From positions 744,001-808,000 of the forward strand of contig NC_058383.1 in NCBI RefSeq assembly GCF_018350175.1: a stretch of 64,000 nucleotides of DNA. Direction: 5' to 3'. Below, piece by piece: positions 62,240-64,000 of this stretch (the first letter of the stretch is position 1; the number at the start of each line of letters is the position of its first letter). Position numbers and translations under genes: made by a program. The DNA comes from Felis catus (Eukaryota). The notes beneath the pieces were generated by a model, which did no database searches, was not told where the DNA came from, and saw only the letters and a list, made by a program, of their open reading frames with translations.

Positions 62240-62520
62240 AGTCAGAAGCCGCGGTTACGCTGCGGGGCGTGGCTTGCGATCCGCACCGGCAGGGGAGCCA
62301 GGCAGGTGAGCCACACTCGGAGGGCTGTGGGGACAAGGCCGCCTGGCTGTGCCCTCCTGCCGCGCCCGAGCCGGACTCTGGCCTGGACTCCCACGTGGGC
62401 CGGAGGCGACTCTAGGAGGTCGGGCGGGGGAACGCGTCGTGGACCGGCACGCTGTAAGTGGCCAGAGGTCATTTGTCTGTAGCCCGAGGGTTAAGTGCGC
62501 GTTTAGAGGGCCAAATAACG
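62240..62520 (+). promoter_or_regulatory. Small CpG-rich element, possible alternative SUN1 promoter/first exon
   Basis: Local CpG cluster in AT-rich surroundings; Sp/KLF box ggggcgtggc 62264-62273; donors CAGGCAG|gtgagc (62305) and GCT|gtaagt (62453). Confidence 0.45.
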
Positions 62521-63014
62521 TGTTTGTTCTGTGGGCCAGTAGACCGAGTCCCTGAGAAGCTCTGAAGAGTGTTGAAAAGTTTTTTACATGCAGGAGTTTT
62601 GTGTGTTTGTTGACATTAGTAGGCACAGTACAATTTTTATAACATAAACAATGCTTTTTATTTCTGTGGTTCTTAATCCTTTAAAGAATATTTGGATTGT
62701 TAGAAAATGATGTGAATTGAAGTACTTTTGGTTTGGTTTATAGGAGACGGTCATTTACACATAAGTATTTTTTGTCCAGGCTGGTCTGTATTTTTAGTTT
62801 TGTCTTCCTTAGATTTTTCAACAATGGGTTATGATTCACATTACTACTATGAGGTGTGTTTTTTGTTTTTTGTTTTTTGTTTTTAATTTGGAGTGTGTGT
62901 GGGTGTGTGGTGAGTGTGTGTGTGAGAGAGAATATTTTTAGCCAGAGGAAAGTTTGAGTCATTCCAGGGAAATTTAGATGACAATCTGAAAAACAGCGTG
63001 CTCAAAACGTGTTT

Positions 63015-63574
63015 TTAAGATTTTATTTTTTATTATTTATTATTTTTTTGAAAGTGGGCTCTGCGCTGACAGCAGAGGGCCTGATGTGGGGCTCGAATGC
63101 GATGAACCTCGAGATCATGATCTGAGCTTAAGTCCGTCGCTCAACCGACTGAGCCACCCAGGTGCCCCTTAAGATTTTACTTTTAAGTAATCTCTACACC
63201 CAATGTGGGGCTCAAACTTACGGCCCCAAGATCAAGAGTCGCATGCTCTACTGACTGAGCCAGTCAGGTGCCCTAAAACTATTTAATTAAAAAAAAAAAA
63301 AGTTCTTTTGGGGAAAAATAAAAGTGTAAGCCGTGCCTTGAGCTCGTGTGTCGATCAGCCTGCAGTTTTCTGGTTCTGAGGTGCTTGGAAAAGCGTCAGC
63401 ATCTGTGATAAGTGTCTGACCGGGGACTAAGGATCCCTTCTATTTTTTTTTTTTAGGTAGTTTGTTTTGTTTTGTTTTCCTTTTTCAGTAATCTCTACGC
63501 CCAGCGTGGGACTCAAGCTCACAACCCTGAGATCAAGAGTCGCATGCTCTTCCAACTGAGCCAGCCAGGTGCCC
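63015..63574 (-). mobile_element. Cluster of three carnivore SINEs (~63015-63168, 63170-63273, 63445-63574)
   Basis: Each ends in ctgagcca...caggtgccc. Confidence 0.8.
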
Positions 63575-63954
63575 CAAGAATCCCATCTATTTTAGTTAAT
63601 AACAACGAATACTTGCTACATAAGAAAGAGAACATTTTGACACCTTTAAGAATTTAAAAATACATTTTGAAAAGGGTCTGAGTCACTTTCTGTATTCTTC
63701 TGAAAGTGCCCCAATTTTCGTAACTATAAGTGAGTTGATCTCGGGTTTCCCCTTTTACTCCCAGGGTATGTTGCTGTAGGAAACTACGCCTAACATAAGG
63801 GTTTGTAGCGATGAGAAGATTTTGTCTCCTTTGTCTAAAAAATAAAAAACAAAGAACGACTAGCTTTGTTTTACTAAAATCTCGGTGGTGACGTTTTGGT
63901 CACCGACTATGTGCCGTGGGTTGGCTGTGACAGACAGCACTTCTCTGTGTTTCT

Positions 63955-64000
63955 ACCCTCCTAACACCCTGCGTTGCTTTCTCCCCCACCTTCTGCAGTA
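63955..64000 (+). other. SUN1: 3' splice site; exon starts at 63999 (probable first coding exon of SUN1, truncated by window)
   Basis: Branch-point-like cctaac (63960-63965), pyrimidine tract ctttctcccccaccttctg, CAG ending 63998. Gene identity by synteny only. Confidence 0.6.

Overview
Mammalian genomic DNA, almost certainly a felid (many young feline-type carnivore SINEs). The + strand carries the 3' part of DNAAF5/HEATR2 (dynein axonemal assembly factor 5): nine coding exons (5-13 by the human numbering I recall), all with GT-AG sites and compatible phases, stop at 30290-30292, then a 3' UTR with two ATTAAA signals. Downstream lie an orphan CpG island with a promoter-like CCAAT/E-box/GC-box module (~35750-36960) and a large CpG-island promoter with a non-coding first exon (~48500-50200). 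By conserved synteny the latter is most likely SUN1; a second possible first exon sits near 62300 and a splice acceptor at the very end of the window. The rest is SINEs, L1 fragments, MaLR/ERVL LTRs, MER DNA transposons and tandem repeats. Nearly all ORFs in the supplied track are artefacts of GC-rich or repeat sequence. I see no clearly new biological system. The best leads are a ~1.5 kb CpG-rich intronic satellite with 7 perfect CRE palindromes and higher-order structure, an orphan promoter with a candidate antisense spliced transcript, a frame-preserving VNTR that could act as an alternative DNAAF5 last exon, localized AT-to-GC remodelling of old L1 copies, and inverted SINE pairs.
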